Of a stretch of 64,000 nucleotides of DNA, positions 1 to 13,385 are shown piece by piece. The stretch's first letter is position 1, and every line of letters starts with the position of its first letter. The notes beneath the pieces were generated by a model. The model was not told where the DNA came from. It did no database searches and saw nothing but the letters and a program-made list of their open reading frames with translations. The translations under genes and the position numbers were made by a program. The DNA comes from Eledone cirrhosa (Eukaryota), in NCBI GenBank assembly GCA_964016885.1, contig OZ024741.1:209870001-209934000 (forward strand). Reading direction: 5' to 3'.

Positions 1-3000
1 CAACTTAACTTAACCGCAACCTAACTTAACCCCAACTTAACTTAACCGCAACTTAACTTAACCGCAACTTAGCTTAACCCCAACCCTTGGTGGGATCGAT
101 CTGTAATTACTGGTACATGTGCAGACACTCATTGGCTGTGTGTGGCCTGATTTTCAGAAAGATATCTCCGTAAAATAACGAGTGGTGGCTGCGTAAAATA
201 ATGAATTACGCACGAAAATGAGAAAATTTCGATTCTCGATCGTGGGCCGGCCGGATGTCGGATCGATTCGTAAATACAAGGATAATGTGCGGACACTCCT
301 TGGCTGTGTGCGGCAGGACGATATCTCCGTAAAATCAAGAGTTGATAACCCCAACTTAACTTAACCCCAACTTAACTTAACCGCAACTTAACTTAACCGC
401 AACCTAACTTAACACCAACTTAACTTAACCGCAACCTAACTTAACCCCAACTTAACTTAACCCCAACTTAACTTAACCCCAACCTAACTTAACCCCAACT
501 TAACTTAACCGCAACTTAACTTAACCGCAACCTAACTTAACACCAACTTAACTTAACCGCAACTTAACTTAACCGCAACTTAGCTTAACCCCAACCCTTG
601 GTGGGATCGATCTGTAATTACTGGTACATGTGCAGACACTCATTGGCTGTGTGTGGCCTGATTTTCAGAAAGACATCTCCGTAAAATAACGAGTGGTGGC
701 TGCGTAAAATAATGAATTACGCACGAAAATGAGAAAATTTCGATTCTTGATCGTTGGCCGGCCGGATGTCGGATCAATTCGTAAATACAAGGACAATGTG
801 CGGACATTCCTTGGCTGTGTGCGGCATGATTTTCAGGACGATATCTCCGTAAAATCAAGAGTTGATAACCCCAACTTATCTTAACTCCAACTTAACTTAA
901 CCGCAACTTAACTTAACCGCAACCTAACTTAACCCCAACTTAACTTAACCGCAACCTAACTTAACCCCAACTTAACTTAACCGCAACTTAACTTAACCGC
1001 AACCTAACTTAACCCCAACTTAACTTAACCGCAACTTAACTTAACCGCAACTTAGCTTAACACCAACCCTTGGTGGGATCGATCTGTAATTACTGGTACA
1101 TGTGCAGACACTCATTGGCTGTGTGTGGCCTGATTTTCAGAAAGATATCTCCGTAAAATAACGAGTGGTGGCTTCGTAAAATAATGAATTACGCACGAAA
1201 ATGAGAAAATTTCGATTCTCGATCGTGGGCCGGCCGGATGTCGGATCGATTCGTAAATACAAGGATAATGTGCGGACACTCCTTGGCTGTGTGCGGCATG
1301 ATTTTCAGGACGATATCTCCGTAAAATCAAGAGTTGATAACCCCAACTTAACTTAACCCCAACTTAACTTAACCGCAACTTAACTTAACCGCAACCTAAC
1401 TTAACCCCAACTTAACTTAACCGCAACCTAACTTAACCCCAACTTAACTTAACCGCAACTTAACTTAACCCCAACCTAACTTAACCCCAACTTAACTTAA
1501 CCGCAACTTAACTTAACCGCAACCTAACTTAACCCCAACTTAACTTAACCGCAACTTAACTTAACCGCAACTTAGCTTAACCCCAACCCTTGGTGGGATC
1601 GATCTGTAATTACTGGTACATGTGCAGACACTCATTGGCTGTGTGTGGCCTGATTTTCAGAAAGATATCTCCGTAAAATAACGAGTGGTGGCTGCGTAAA
1701 TTAATGAATTACGCACGAAAATGAGAAAATTTCGATTCTCGATCGTGGGCCGGCCGGATGTCGGATCGATTCGTAAATACAAGGACAATGTGAGGACATT
1801 CCTTGGCTGTGTGCGGCATGATTTTCAGGAGGATATCTCCGTAAAATCAAGAGTTGATAACCCCAACTTAACTTAACCCCAACTTAACTTAACCGCAACT
1901 TAACTTAACCGCAACCTAACTTAACCCCAACTTAACTTAACCCCAACTTAACTTAACCCCAACCTAACTTAAACCCAACTTAACTTAACCGCAACTTAAC
2001 TTAACCGCAACTTAGCTTAACCCCAACACTTGGTGGGATCGATCTGTAATTACTGGTACATGTGCAGACACTCATTGGCTGTGTGTGGCCTGATTTTCAG
2101 AAAGATATCTCCGTAAAATAACGAATGGTGGCTGCGTAAAATAATGAATTACGCACGAAAATGAGAAAATTTCGATTCTCGATCGTGGGCCGGCCGGATG
2201 TCGGATCGATTCGTAAATACAAGGATAATGTGCGGACACTCCTTCGCTGTGCGTGGCATGATTTTCAGGACAATATCTCCGTAAAATCAAGAGTTGATAA
2301 CCCCAACTTAACTTAACCCCAACTTAACTTAACCGCAACTTAACTTAACCGCAACCTAACTTAACCCCAACTTAAGTTAACCGCAACCTAACTTAAACCC
2401 AACTTAACTTAACCGCAACTTAACTTAACCCCAACCTAACTTAACCCCAACTTAACTTACCCGCAACTTAACTTAACCGTAACCTAACTTAACCCCAACT
2501 TAACTTAACCGCAACTTAACTTAACCGCAACTTAGCTTAACCCCAACCCTTGGTGGGATCGATCTGTAATTACTGGTACATGTGCAGACACTCATTGGCT
2601 GTGTGTGGCCTGATTTTCAGAAAGATATCTCCGTAAAATAACGAGTGGTGGCTGCGTAAATTAATGAATTACGCACGAAAATGAGAAAATTTCGATTCTC
2701 GATCGTGGGCCGGCCGGATGTCGGATCGATTCGTAAATACAAGGACAATGTGAGGACATTCCTTGGCTGTGTGCGGCATGATTTTCAGGAGGATATCTCC
2801 GTAAAATCAAGAGTTGATAACCCCAACTTAACTTAACCCCAACTTAACTTAACCGCAACTTAACTTAACCGCAACCTAACTTAACCCCAACCTAACTTAA
2901 CCCCAACTTAACCGCAACTTAACTTAACCGCAACCTAACTTAACCCAAACTTAACTTAACCGCAACTTAACTTAACCGCAACTTAGCTTAACACCAACCC

Positions 3001-4592
3001 TTGGTGGGATCGATCTGTAATTACTGGTACATGTGCAGACATTCATTAGCTGTGTGTGGCCTGATTTTCAGAAAGATATCTCCGTAAAATAACGAGTGGT
3101 GGCTGCGTAAAATAATGAATTACGCACGAAAATGAGAACATTTCGATTCTCGATCGTGGGCCGGCCGGATGTCGGATCGATTCGTAAATACAAGGACAAT
3201 GTGCGGACATTCCTTGGCTGTGTGCGGCATGATTTTCAGGACGATATCTCCGTAAAATCAAGAGTTGATAACCCCAACTTAACTTAACTCCAACTTAACT
3301 TAACCGCAACTTAACTTAACCGCAACCTAACTTAACCCCAACTTAACTTAACCGCAACCTAACTTAACCCCAACTTAACTTAACCGCAACCTAACTTAAC
3401 CCCAACTTAACTTAACTGCAACCTAACTTAACCCCAACTTAACTTAACCGCAACTTAACCCCAACCTAACTTAACCGCAACTTAACTTAACCGCAACCTA
3501 ACTTAACCCCAACTTAACTTAACCGCAACTTAACTTAACCGCAACTTAGCTTAACCCCAACCCTTGGTGGGATCGATCTGTAATTACTGGTACATGTGCA
3601 GACACTCATTGACTGTGTGTGGCCTGATTTTCAGAAAGATATCTCCGTAAAATAACGAGTGGTGGCTGCGTAAAATAATGAATTACGCACGGAAATGAGA
3701 AAATTTCGATTCTCGATCGTGGGCCGGCCGCATGTCGGATCGATTCGTAAATACAAGGATAATGTGCGGACACTCCTTGGCTGTGTGCGGCAGGACGATA
3801 TCTCCGTAAAATCAAGAGTTGATAACCCCAACTTAACTTAACCCCAACTTAACTTAACCGCAACTTAACTTAACCGCAACCTAACTTAACACCAACTTAA
3901 CTTAACCGCAACCTAACTTAACCCCAACTTAACTTAACCCCAACTTAACTTAACCCCAACCTAACTTAACCCCAACTTAACTTAACCGCAACTTAACTTA
4001 ACCGCAACCTAACTTAACCCCAACTTAACTTAACCGCAACTTAACTTAACCGCAACTTAGCTTAACCCCAACCCTTGGTGGGATCGATCTGTAATTACTG
4101 GTACATGTGCAGACACTCATTGGCTGTGTGTGGCCTGATTTTCAGAAAGACATCTCCGTAAAATAACGAGTGGTGGCTGCGTAAAATAATGAATTACGCA
4201 CGAAAATGAGAAAATTTCGATTCTCGATCGTGGGCCGGCCGGATGTCGGATCGATTCGTAAATACAAGGATAATGTGCGGACACTCCTTGGCTGTGTGCG
4301 GCATGATTTTCAGGACGATATCTCCGTAAAATCAAGAGTTGATAACCCCAACTTAACTTAACCCCAACTTAACTTAACCGCAACTTAACTTAACCGCAAC
4401 CTAACTTAAACCCAACTTAACTTAACCGCAACCTAACTTAACCCCAACTTAACTCAACCGCAACTTAACTTAACCCCAACCTAACTTAACCCCAACTTAA
4501 CTTAACCGCAACTTAACTTAACCGCAACCTAACTTAACCCCAACTTAACTTAACCGCAACTTAACTTAGCCGCAACTTAGATTAACCCCAAC
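1..4592. repeat. Composite tandem satellite: ~265-bp unique unit alternating with tracts of the 16-mer CTTAACTTAACC(C/G)CAA; 9 full units, period ~440-565 bp
   Basis: Unit start CCTTGGTGGGATCGATCTG at ~85, 596, 1068, 1587, 2028, 2547, 2999, 3562, 4073 and 4593; the recurring 66-72 aa minus-strand ORFs mirror the repeat. Confidence 0.97.
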
Positions 4593-7335
4593 CCTTGGTG
4601 GGATCGATCTGTAATTACTGGTACATGTGCAGACACTCATTGGCTATGTGTGGCTTCAATTTCAGCAAGATATCTCCGTACAATCAAGAGTTGTGGCTGT
4701 TGGCGCACACCGGTGCAACGTAAATAAACACCGGTAGCGATTAAGCACCGCTACTTTGTTTACATTGCACTCGGTGTGCGCCAACAGCCACAACTCTTGA
4801 TTGGACGGAGATATCTTGCTGATATCGATGCCACATAGAGCCAATTAGTGTCTGCACATGTACCAGTAATTACAGATCGATCCCACCACGGGCGGCCGGC
4901 CCACGATCGACTGAAATTAGTGTGATCGTGGGCCGGCCGCCCGTGGTGGGATCGATCTGTAATTACTGGTACATGTGCAGACACTCATTGGCTGTGTGTG
5001 GTGTGATTTTCAAGAAAAACTGCCCATGCTAAATGAGGAAGCTGAAGTCCGCCGGCGAATGGTGAAATATTTGCACGTATTTGATCGTGGGCCGGCCGGA
5101 TGTGGCCGGATCGATTCGTCAATACAAGGATCATGTGCGGACACTCGTTGGCTGTGTGTGGCCTGATTTTCAGAAAGATATCTCCGTAAAATAACGAGTG
5201 GTGGCTGCGTAAAATAATGAATTACGCACGCAACTTGGGGCATTTGCGAGATTCGATCGTGGGCCGGCCGGATGTTGTAGGATCGATTCGGAAGTATGCG
5301 GATCATGTTTGGACACTCATTGTCTGTGTGTGGCGTGATTTTCAGAAAAAATTTTTGCGGACGCTATTCGAGAACAGATTCGAATCGAAATATTAGCACG
5401 TATTCGATCGTGGGCCGGCCGGATGTGGCCGGATCGATTCGTCAATACAAGGATCATGTGCGGACACTCCTTGGCTGTGTGCAGCATGATTTTCAGGACG
5501 ATCTCTCCGTAAAATCAAGAGTTGTGGCTGTGGAGGCACACCGAGTGAAATGTAAACAAAACACCGGTTTACACCGGTGAAAACCGGTGTAATGTAAACA
5601 AAGCAACTTCTGGTGAACACCGGTGCGGGTGTTCACCGGAAGTTGGGTTGTTTACATCTCGCTCGTAGCGTGATTTTCGGAGAATTCCTCCGGAACTAAC
5701 GAGTGGTCCGGAAGGTGGTCCGGAAAAAATTATTTTTTGAAAATCACACCACCCACAGAGAATGAGTGTCCGAACATGATCCGCATATTTCCGGATCGAT
5801 CCTGCAAGATCCGGCCGGCCCACGATCTCCGAAAGTCAGGAAATCCGGCCCCGGGAATCGATCGTGGGCCGGCCGCATGTGGACGGATCGATCTGTAAAT
5901 ACAGGTGCATGTGCGGACACTCTTTGGCTGTGCGTGGCATGAATGTCAGGAAGGTATCTCCGTACAATCAAGAGTTGTGGCTGTGGAGGCACACCCAGTG
6001 AAATGTAAACAAACTACGTTTGACTAGGTGTGCCTCCACAGCCACAACTCTTGATTGTACGGAGATATCTTTCTGAAATTCATACCACGCACAGCCAATG
6101 AGTGTCCGCACATGTACGTGTAATTACACATCGATCCGTCAACATGCGGCCGGCCCACGATCGATTCCCGGGGCCGGATTTTTCGACTTTCGGAGATCGT
6201 GGGCCGGCCGCATGTTGACGGATCGATGCGGAAATAAGCGGATCATGTTTGGACACCCCTTGTCTGTGTGTGGTGCGATTTTCAGAAAAATTTTTTTCGG
6301 AAAATATTTGAGGACAAATCACGTTTTCGATCGTGGGCCGGCCGCCCGTGGTCGGATCGATCTGTAATTACTGGTACATGCGCAGACACCCCCCTCCTTA
6401 GTTTCGGAGAAATACTCCGAAAATCACGCTACGAGCGAAATGTAAACAAACCAGCTTCCGGTGGACACCCGCACCGGTGTACACCGGAAGTTGCTTTGTT
6501 TACATTTCGCTCGTAGCCTGATTTTCGGAGAATTTCTCCGAAAATAAGGCCATCCGGCCCCGTGCGTCGATCCTGGGCCGGCCGCATGTTGACGGATCGA
6601 TCTGTAACTACATGTACATATGCAGACACTCATTGGCTGTATGTGGCATGAATTTCAGGAAGATATCTCCGTAGAATCAAGAGTTGTGGCTGTTGACGCA
6701 CACCACGAGTGCAATGTAAATAAACTTACGCTCAACGATCTTTGTTTACGTTTGACTAGGTGTGCCTCCACAGCCACAACTATTGATTTTACGGAGATAT
6801 CTTGCTGAAATTCACGCCACACATAGCCAATGAGTGCGCCCACATGCTCCTCTGACGACACATTTTTCCGGTGAAAATTCACCGAAAACGGGCCATCCGG
6901 CCCCGTGCGTCGATCGTGGACCGGCCGCATGTTGGCTGTGTGTGGCATGAATTTCAGCACTGTTGCCGCAAACGGAGTGGCGCTCATCAAAATGTAAACA
7001 AACCCGGCTCCGCTCGCAGCGGAGAATTTCTCCGCTGCGAATGATGTACCCGGCTACTTGACGTATTAGGTGTTGGGCGGGCCGGAGGTTGTCGGATGGA
7101 CTTGTATATACACAGGTGGACTCCTGATGACTCAGCGGACGGTATCCCATCATTTCGGATAATTTTCACCGTAAATTACGGCTCGCCGGTTGACTAAACT
7201 TGATCGATCGTGGGCCGGCCCCCCGTTGTGGGATCGATCTGTAACTCCGTGTGCTCGTAGAGGAACTCATTGGCTCTATGTGGCATCAATATCATCAATA
7301 TATCTCCGTCCAATCAAGAGTTGTGGCTGTTGCCG
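4593..7335. repeat. GC/CpG-rich block of a ~100-130 bp core repeated in alternating direct and inverted orientation
   Basis: Core CGATCGTGGGCCGGCCG...GGATCGAT...GACACTCATTGGCTGTG...GATATCTCCGTA.AATCAAGAGTTGTGGCTG recurs on both strands, e.g. arms ~4597-4728 versus ~4755-4888; the same core occurs twice in the 265-bp unit upstream. Confidence 0.9.
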
Positions 7336-7338
7336 CAA

Positions 7339-9092
7339 AATATTGATTTTTTTAGGTTTTTCGAAAAACCTTATATAATCAATTTTTTTATACTTTTAGA
7401 AATATTTATATCTGATTTCAAATATTGATTTTTTTATGTTTTTCGAAAAACCTTATATCATCAATTTTTTTTAGGTTTTTCGAAAAACCTTATATAATCA
7501 ATTTTTTTATACCTTTAGAAATATTTATATCTGATTTCAAATATTGATTTTTTTATGTTTTTCGAAAAACCTTATATCATCAATTTTTTTTAGGTTTTTC
7601 GAAAAACCTTATATAATCAATTTTTTTATACCTTTAGAAATATTTATATCTGATTTCAAATATTGATTTTTTTAGGTTTTTCGAAAAACCTTATATAATC
7701 AATTTTTTTTAGGTTTTTCGAAAAACCTTATATAATCAATTTTTTTATACCTTTAGAAATATTTATATCTGATTTCAAATATTGATTTTTTTAGGTTTTT
7801 CGAAAAACCTTATATAATCAATTTTTTTTAGGTTTTTCGAAAAACCTTATATAATCAATTTTTTTATACTTTTAGAAATATTTATATCTGATTTCAAATA
7901 TTGATTTTTTTAGGTTTTTCGAAAAACCTTATATAATCAATTTTTTTTAGGTTTTTCGAAAAACCTTATATAATCAATTTTTTTTATACTTTTAGAAATA
8001 TTTATATCTGATCTCAAATATTGATTTTTTTAGGTTTTTCGAAAACCTTATATAATCAATTTTTTTATACTTTTAGAAATATTTATATCTGATCTCAAAT
8101 ATTGATTTTTTTAGGTTTTTCGAAAACCTTATATAATCAATTTTTTTTAGGTTTTTCGAAAAACCTTATATAATCAATTTTTTTTTAGGTTTTTCGAAAA
8201 ACCTTATATAATCAATTTTTTTTAGGTTTTTCGAAAAACCTTATATAATCAATTTTTTTATACTTTTAGAAATATTTATATCTGATTTCAAATATTGATT
8301 TTTTTAGGTTTTTCGAAAAACCTTATATAATCAATTTTTTTTAGGTTTTTCGAAAAACCTTATATAATCAATTTATTTTAGGTTTTTCGAAAAACCTTAT
8401 ATAATCAATTTTTTTTAGGTTTTTCGAAAAACCTTATATAATCAATTTTTTTATACTTTTAGAAATAATTATATCTGATCTCAAATATTGATTTTTTAGG
8501 TTTTTCGAAAACCTTATATAATCAATTTTTTTATACTTTTAGAAATATTTATATCTGATTTCAAATATTGATTTTTTTAGGTTTTTCGAAAACCTTATAC
8601 AATCAATTTTTTAGGTTTTTCGAAAAACCTTATATAATCAATTTTTTTTAGGTTTTTCGAAAAACCTTATATAATCAATTTTTTTATACTTTTAGAAATA
8701 TTTATATCTGATTTCAAATATTGATTTTTTTAGGTTTTTCGAAAGTATAAAAAAATTGATTATATAAGGTTTTTCGAAAAACCTAAAAAAAATTGATTAT
8801 ATAAGGTTTTTCGAAAGAACTAAAAAAAATTGATTATATAATCAATTTTTTTTAGTTCTTTCGAAAAACCTTATATAATCAATTTTTTTATACTTTCGAA
8901 AAACCTAAAAAAAATCAATATTTGAAATCAGATATAAATATTTCTAAAAGTATAAAAAAATTTATGAATTTATGAATTTATGAAATAATGAATTTTTTTT
9001 ATACTTTTAGAAATATTTATATCTGATTTCAAATATTGATTTTTTTAGGTTTTTCGAAAACCTTATATAATCAATTTTTTTTAGGTTTTTTG
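7339..9092. repeat. AT-rich satellite of two ~40-bp subunits, with a local inversion at ~8740-8960
   Basis: Subunits TTTTTTAGGTTTTTCGAAAAACCTTATATAATCAA and TTTTATACTTTTAGAAATATTTATATCTGATTTCAAATATTGA alternate; AGGTTTTTCGAAAAACCT is a perfect palindrome. Confidence 0.95.
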
Positions 9093-9452
9093 AGGTTTAA
9101 GTCTATGTCTAACTTGGAAGTCTAAGTCTAATGCTTGTGGTTAGGGTTTAAGTCTAAATCTAAAGCTTGGGGTTGGGCTTAAAGGCTAATTGTTGGAGTT
9201 GGGATTTAAGCCTATGCTTAGGGGTTTGTGTTTAAGCATATGTCTAACGCTTGGGGTTGGGGTTTAAATCTAAGTCTAATGCTAGTAGTCTAAGACTAAT
9301 AATTGGGGTTGGGGTTTAAGTCTAAGGCTTGGGGTTAGTGATTATGTCTAAGGCTTGGTGTTGGAGTTTAAGTCTAAGTCTAAGGCTTGGGGTTGGGGTT
9401 TATGTCTAAGGCTTGTGGTAATGGTTTAATTCTAAGGCTTGGAGTTGGGGTT
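9093..9452 (+). repeat. Degenerate G-rich telomere-like tract (GGGGTTGGGGTTTAAGTCTAAG)n
   Basis: Repeated GCTTGGGGTTGGGGTTTAAGTCTAAG variants. Confidence 0.85.
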
Positions 9453-12055
9453 TGGTACACCGTTTTTTAATTGGCGAGGTCCGTTTTTCATTTGGGTGCA
9501 CCGTTTTTTTATTTGGGTGCCCCGTATTTTATTTGGGTGCCCCGTTTTATATTGGAGGGTTGTTCGTTTTTTATTGGGGAAGGTCCGTTTTTTATTTGGG
9601 TGCCCCGTTTTTTATTTGGGTACTCGTTTTTTATTGAGGAGGGGGGGGGGTCCGTTTTTATTTGGGTGCCCCGTCTTTTTATTGGGGTGTCCCGTTTTTT
9701 ATGTGGGTACCCCGTCATTTATTTGGGTGCCCCATTTTTCATTTTGGTGCCCCGTTTTTTATTTGGGTGCCCGTTTTTTATTGGGCGGGTCCGTTTTTTA
9801 TTTGTTTGACCCGTTTTTTATTGGAGTGCCCCGTTTTTTATTTGGGTGCCCCGTTTTTAATTTGGGTGCCCCGTTTTTTTATTTGGGTGCCTCGTTATTT
9901 TATTTGGGTGCCCCGTTTTATATTTGGGTGCCCAGTTTTTAATTGGAGGGGTGTCCTTTTTTATTTGGGTGCCCCGTTTTTTATTTGGGTGCCCCGTTTT
10001 TTATTTGGGTACCCCGTCATTTATTTGTGTGTCCGTCTTTCATTGGGGGGGGGGGGGGTCCGTTTTGTATTGGGGAGTGTTTCATTTTTTATTTCGGTGT
10101 CCCGTTTTTTATATGGGTGCCCCGTTATTTATTTGGCTGCCCCGTTTTTCATTTTGGTGCACGTTTTTTATTGGGCGGGTCCGTTTTTTATTTGGGTGCC
10201 CAGTTTTTTATTTGGGGCCCCGTTTTTTATTTTGGTGTCCTGTTTTTTTAATTGGGGGGGGGGGGGGTCCGGTTTTATTTGGTTGCCCCGTTTTTTATTT
10301 GGGTGCCCTGTTTATTTATTTGGAGAGGTCCGTTTTTATATGGGTGCCGTTTTTATTTGGGTGCGCCGTTTCTTATTTGGGTGCCCGTTTTTTATATGGG
10401 GGCCGTTTTTTATGTGGGTGCCCTGTATTTTATGGGGGTCTGTTTTTATATGGGTGCCCGGTTTTTTATTTGGGTGTGCCGTTTTTTATGTGGGTACACG
10501 GTTTTTTAATTGGCGAGGTCCGTTTTCATTTGGGTGCCCCTTTTTATTATTTGGGTGCCCCGTTTTTCATTTGGGTGCACCGTTTTTTTATTTGCGTGCG
10601 CCGTATTTTATTTGGGTGCCGCGTTTTTTATTGGAGGGTTGTTCGTTTTTTATTGGGGGGAGGTCCGTTTTTTATTTGGGTGCCCCGTTTTTTATTTGGG
10701 TACCCGTTTTTTATTGGGCGGGTCCGTTTTTTATTTGGATGCCCCGTTTTTTTATTGGAGTGCCCCGTTTTTTATTTGGATGCCCCGTTTTTTATTTGGG
10801 TGCCCGTTTTTTATTGGGGGGGGGGGGGGATCCAATTTTTATATGGGTGCCCCGTTTTTTGTTTGGGTGCCCCGTTTTTTATTTGGGTGCCCTTTTTTAT
10901 TGGGGGGGTCAGTTTTTTATTGGGTGCCCCGTTTTTTATTTGGGCGCCCCGTTTTTTATTTGGAGGTAGGGGTCCGTTTTTATTTGGGTGCCCCGTTTCT
11001 TATTTGGGTGCCCGATTTTTATGTGGGGACCGTTTTTTATTTGGGTGCCCTGTATTTTATGGGGTCCGTTTTTATATGGGTGCCCCGTAATTTATTTTGG
11101 TGTCCCGTTTTTTATTTGAGTGCCCGTTTCTTATAAAGCGGGTCTGTTTTTTATCTGGGTGCCCCGTTTTTTATTGGAGTGACCCGTTTTCTATTTGGGT
11201 GCCCCGTTTTTTATTTGGGTACCCGTTTTTTATTGGGGGGGGGGGGGGGGTTCAATTTTTATTTGGCTGTCCCGTTTTTTATTGGGTGGATCCGTTTTTC
11301 ATTTGGGTGCCCCATTCTTTATTTGTTTGCCCGTTTTTTATTTGGGTGCCTCGTTTTTTTATTTGGGTACCCCGTTTTTTAATTGGGGGGAGCGGTCCAT
11401 TTTTATCTGGGTGCCCCGTTTCTTATTTGGGTGCCCGTTTTTTATGTGGGGACCGTTTTTTATTTGGGTGCCCTGTTTTTTATGGGGGGTCCATTTTTAT
11501 TTGGGTGCCCGAGTCTTATTTGGGGGCTCGGTTTTTTATTTGGGTGCCCGTTTTTATTGGGCGGGTCCGTTTTTTATTTGGGTGCCTCGTTTTTTATTGG
11601 AGACCCCGTTTTTTATTTGGGTTGCTCGTTTTTTATTTGGGTGCCCCGATTTTTTATTTGGGTTCCCCTTTTTTTATTGGGGGGGGGGGGGACCGTTTTT
11701 TATTGGGGGGGTTCCGTTTTTTATTGGGTGCCCCGTTTTTTATTTGGGTGACCCGTTTTTTATTTGGGCGCCCCGTTTTTTATTTGGGGGTAGGGGTCCG
11801 TTCTTTATTTGGGTGCCCTGTATTTTATGGGGGTCCATTTTTATTTGGGTGCCCGTTTTTTATTTGGGTGCCCCGTTTTTTTATTTGGGTGCCCCGTAAT
11901 TTATTTGGGTACCCCGTCATTTATTTGGGTGCCCGTTTTTTATTGGGGGTCTGTTTTTTATTTGGGTGCCCCATTTTTTATTTGTTTGCCCCGTTTTTTA
12001 TTTGGGTGCCGCGTTTTTTTTATTTGGGTGCCCCATTTTTTATTTGTTTGCCCTT
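9453..12055 (+). repeat. ~21-bp minisatellite TTTATTTGGGTGCCCCGTTTT, diverged, >100 copies
   Basis: Direct reading; the long F/G/V/W-rich ORFs in all three + frames are a by-product. Confidence 0.95.
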
Positions 12056-12321
12056 TGTTTTATTTTTTATATATGAATATTGATTGTTCCTTATATCTCA
12101 TTCTGTTATTTTGCCCGAGAAAATATCTGTCTGTGTCATCAAAGGTTGTACACACAGATATTTTTTCAATTTCCAATTGAGTTCTTAGCACGTGGGCAAT
12201 TCCAATTGAGTTGGGCACCCACTGATGAATTATAGGAGCCCACTTGAATATATATCTATTGATGGTATACAAGCTCCTACATAAATTGGTATAATTTCAC
12301 CCAAATTGTAGGAGTCCTATA

Positions 12322-13385
12322 ATATAATATTACATTAAGTTATATTATATTATATTATATTATATTATATTATAATATAATATTATATTATATTATAATA
12401 TAATATAATATAATGTTATATTATATTATAATATAAGATTATATTATATTGTATTATATTATAATATAATATAATATAATATAATATAACATAATGTAAT
12501 ATTATATTATATTATATTATATTATAATATAACATTATATTATGTTATATTATAATATAATATTATGCTATATTATAATATAATATAATATTATATTATA
12601 TTATAATATATTATAGTATATTATGATATAATATTATACTATATTATAATATAATATGATATATTATTATATTATAATATAATAGAATATTATAATATAT
12701 TATAATATAATATAATTGTTTCTACTTTAGGCACAAGGCCAGCAAATAACCACGTAAGGATGAAAGGCAAAGTCAACCTCGGCGGGATTTGAACTCAGAT
12801 CGTAAAGGGACGTAACTATGCTGGAAATCATGGCGTCCAACCCTCTACCGATACTGCCAATCCACCGACCTGTAATATAATATAATATATTATAATGTAA
12901 TATAATATAATATAATATTATATTATATTATGTTATGTTATATTATAATATAATATTATACTATATTATAATTAATATAATATAATATAATATTATATTA
13001 TAATATATTATATATATTATATTATATTATATTATAATATAATATTATACTATATTATCATATAATATTATATTATATTATATTATAATATAATATAATA
13101 TAATATAATATTATATTATATTATATTATAATATAATATAATATTATATTATAATATAATATAATATAATATAATATATTATATTATAATATAATATCAT
13201 ATTATATTATAATATAATATAATATTATAATATAATATAATATAATATTATATAATATAATATAATATAATATAATATAATATAATTTGATATAATATAA
13301 TATAATATGATATAATATTATATTATAATATGATATAATATTATATTATAATATAATATAATATTATATTATATTATATTATATT
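12322..13385. repeat. (TATAA/TATAT)n pentanucleotide microsatellite with an embedded SINE
   Basis: Direct reading. Confidence 0.95.
12716..12870 (-). mobile_element. tRNA-derived SINE, family 1
   Basis: Reverse complement of the family copy at 41955 (GGTGGATTGGCAGTATCGGTAG...GAGTTCAAATCCC...CTTTGCCTTTCATCCTT). Confidence 0.8.

Noticed and set aside
129-4335. Repeated 66-72 aa ORFs as a peptide gene family
   Set aside because: Non-ATG starts, broken in some units, no recognisable motif; they follow the satellite
1-4592. True telomere
   Set aside because: The 16-mer is not TTAGGG and is regularly interrupted by the 265-bp unit
7122-7160. CTGATGA as a hammerhead core
   Set aside because: No GAAA or stem III follows
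1-7335. CRISPR-like array
   Set aside because: Repeats are 100-265 bp, spacers are low-complexity or related to each other, no cas genes, eukaryotic context
9439-12180. Long hydrophobic ORFs up to 435 aa
   Set aside because: Open in all frames because the minisatellite strand lacks stop codons
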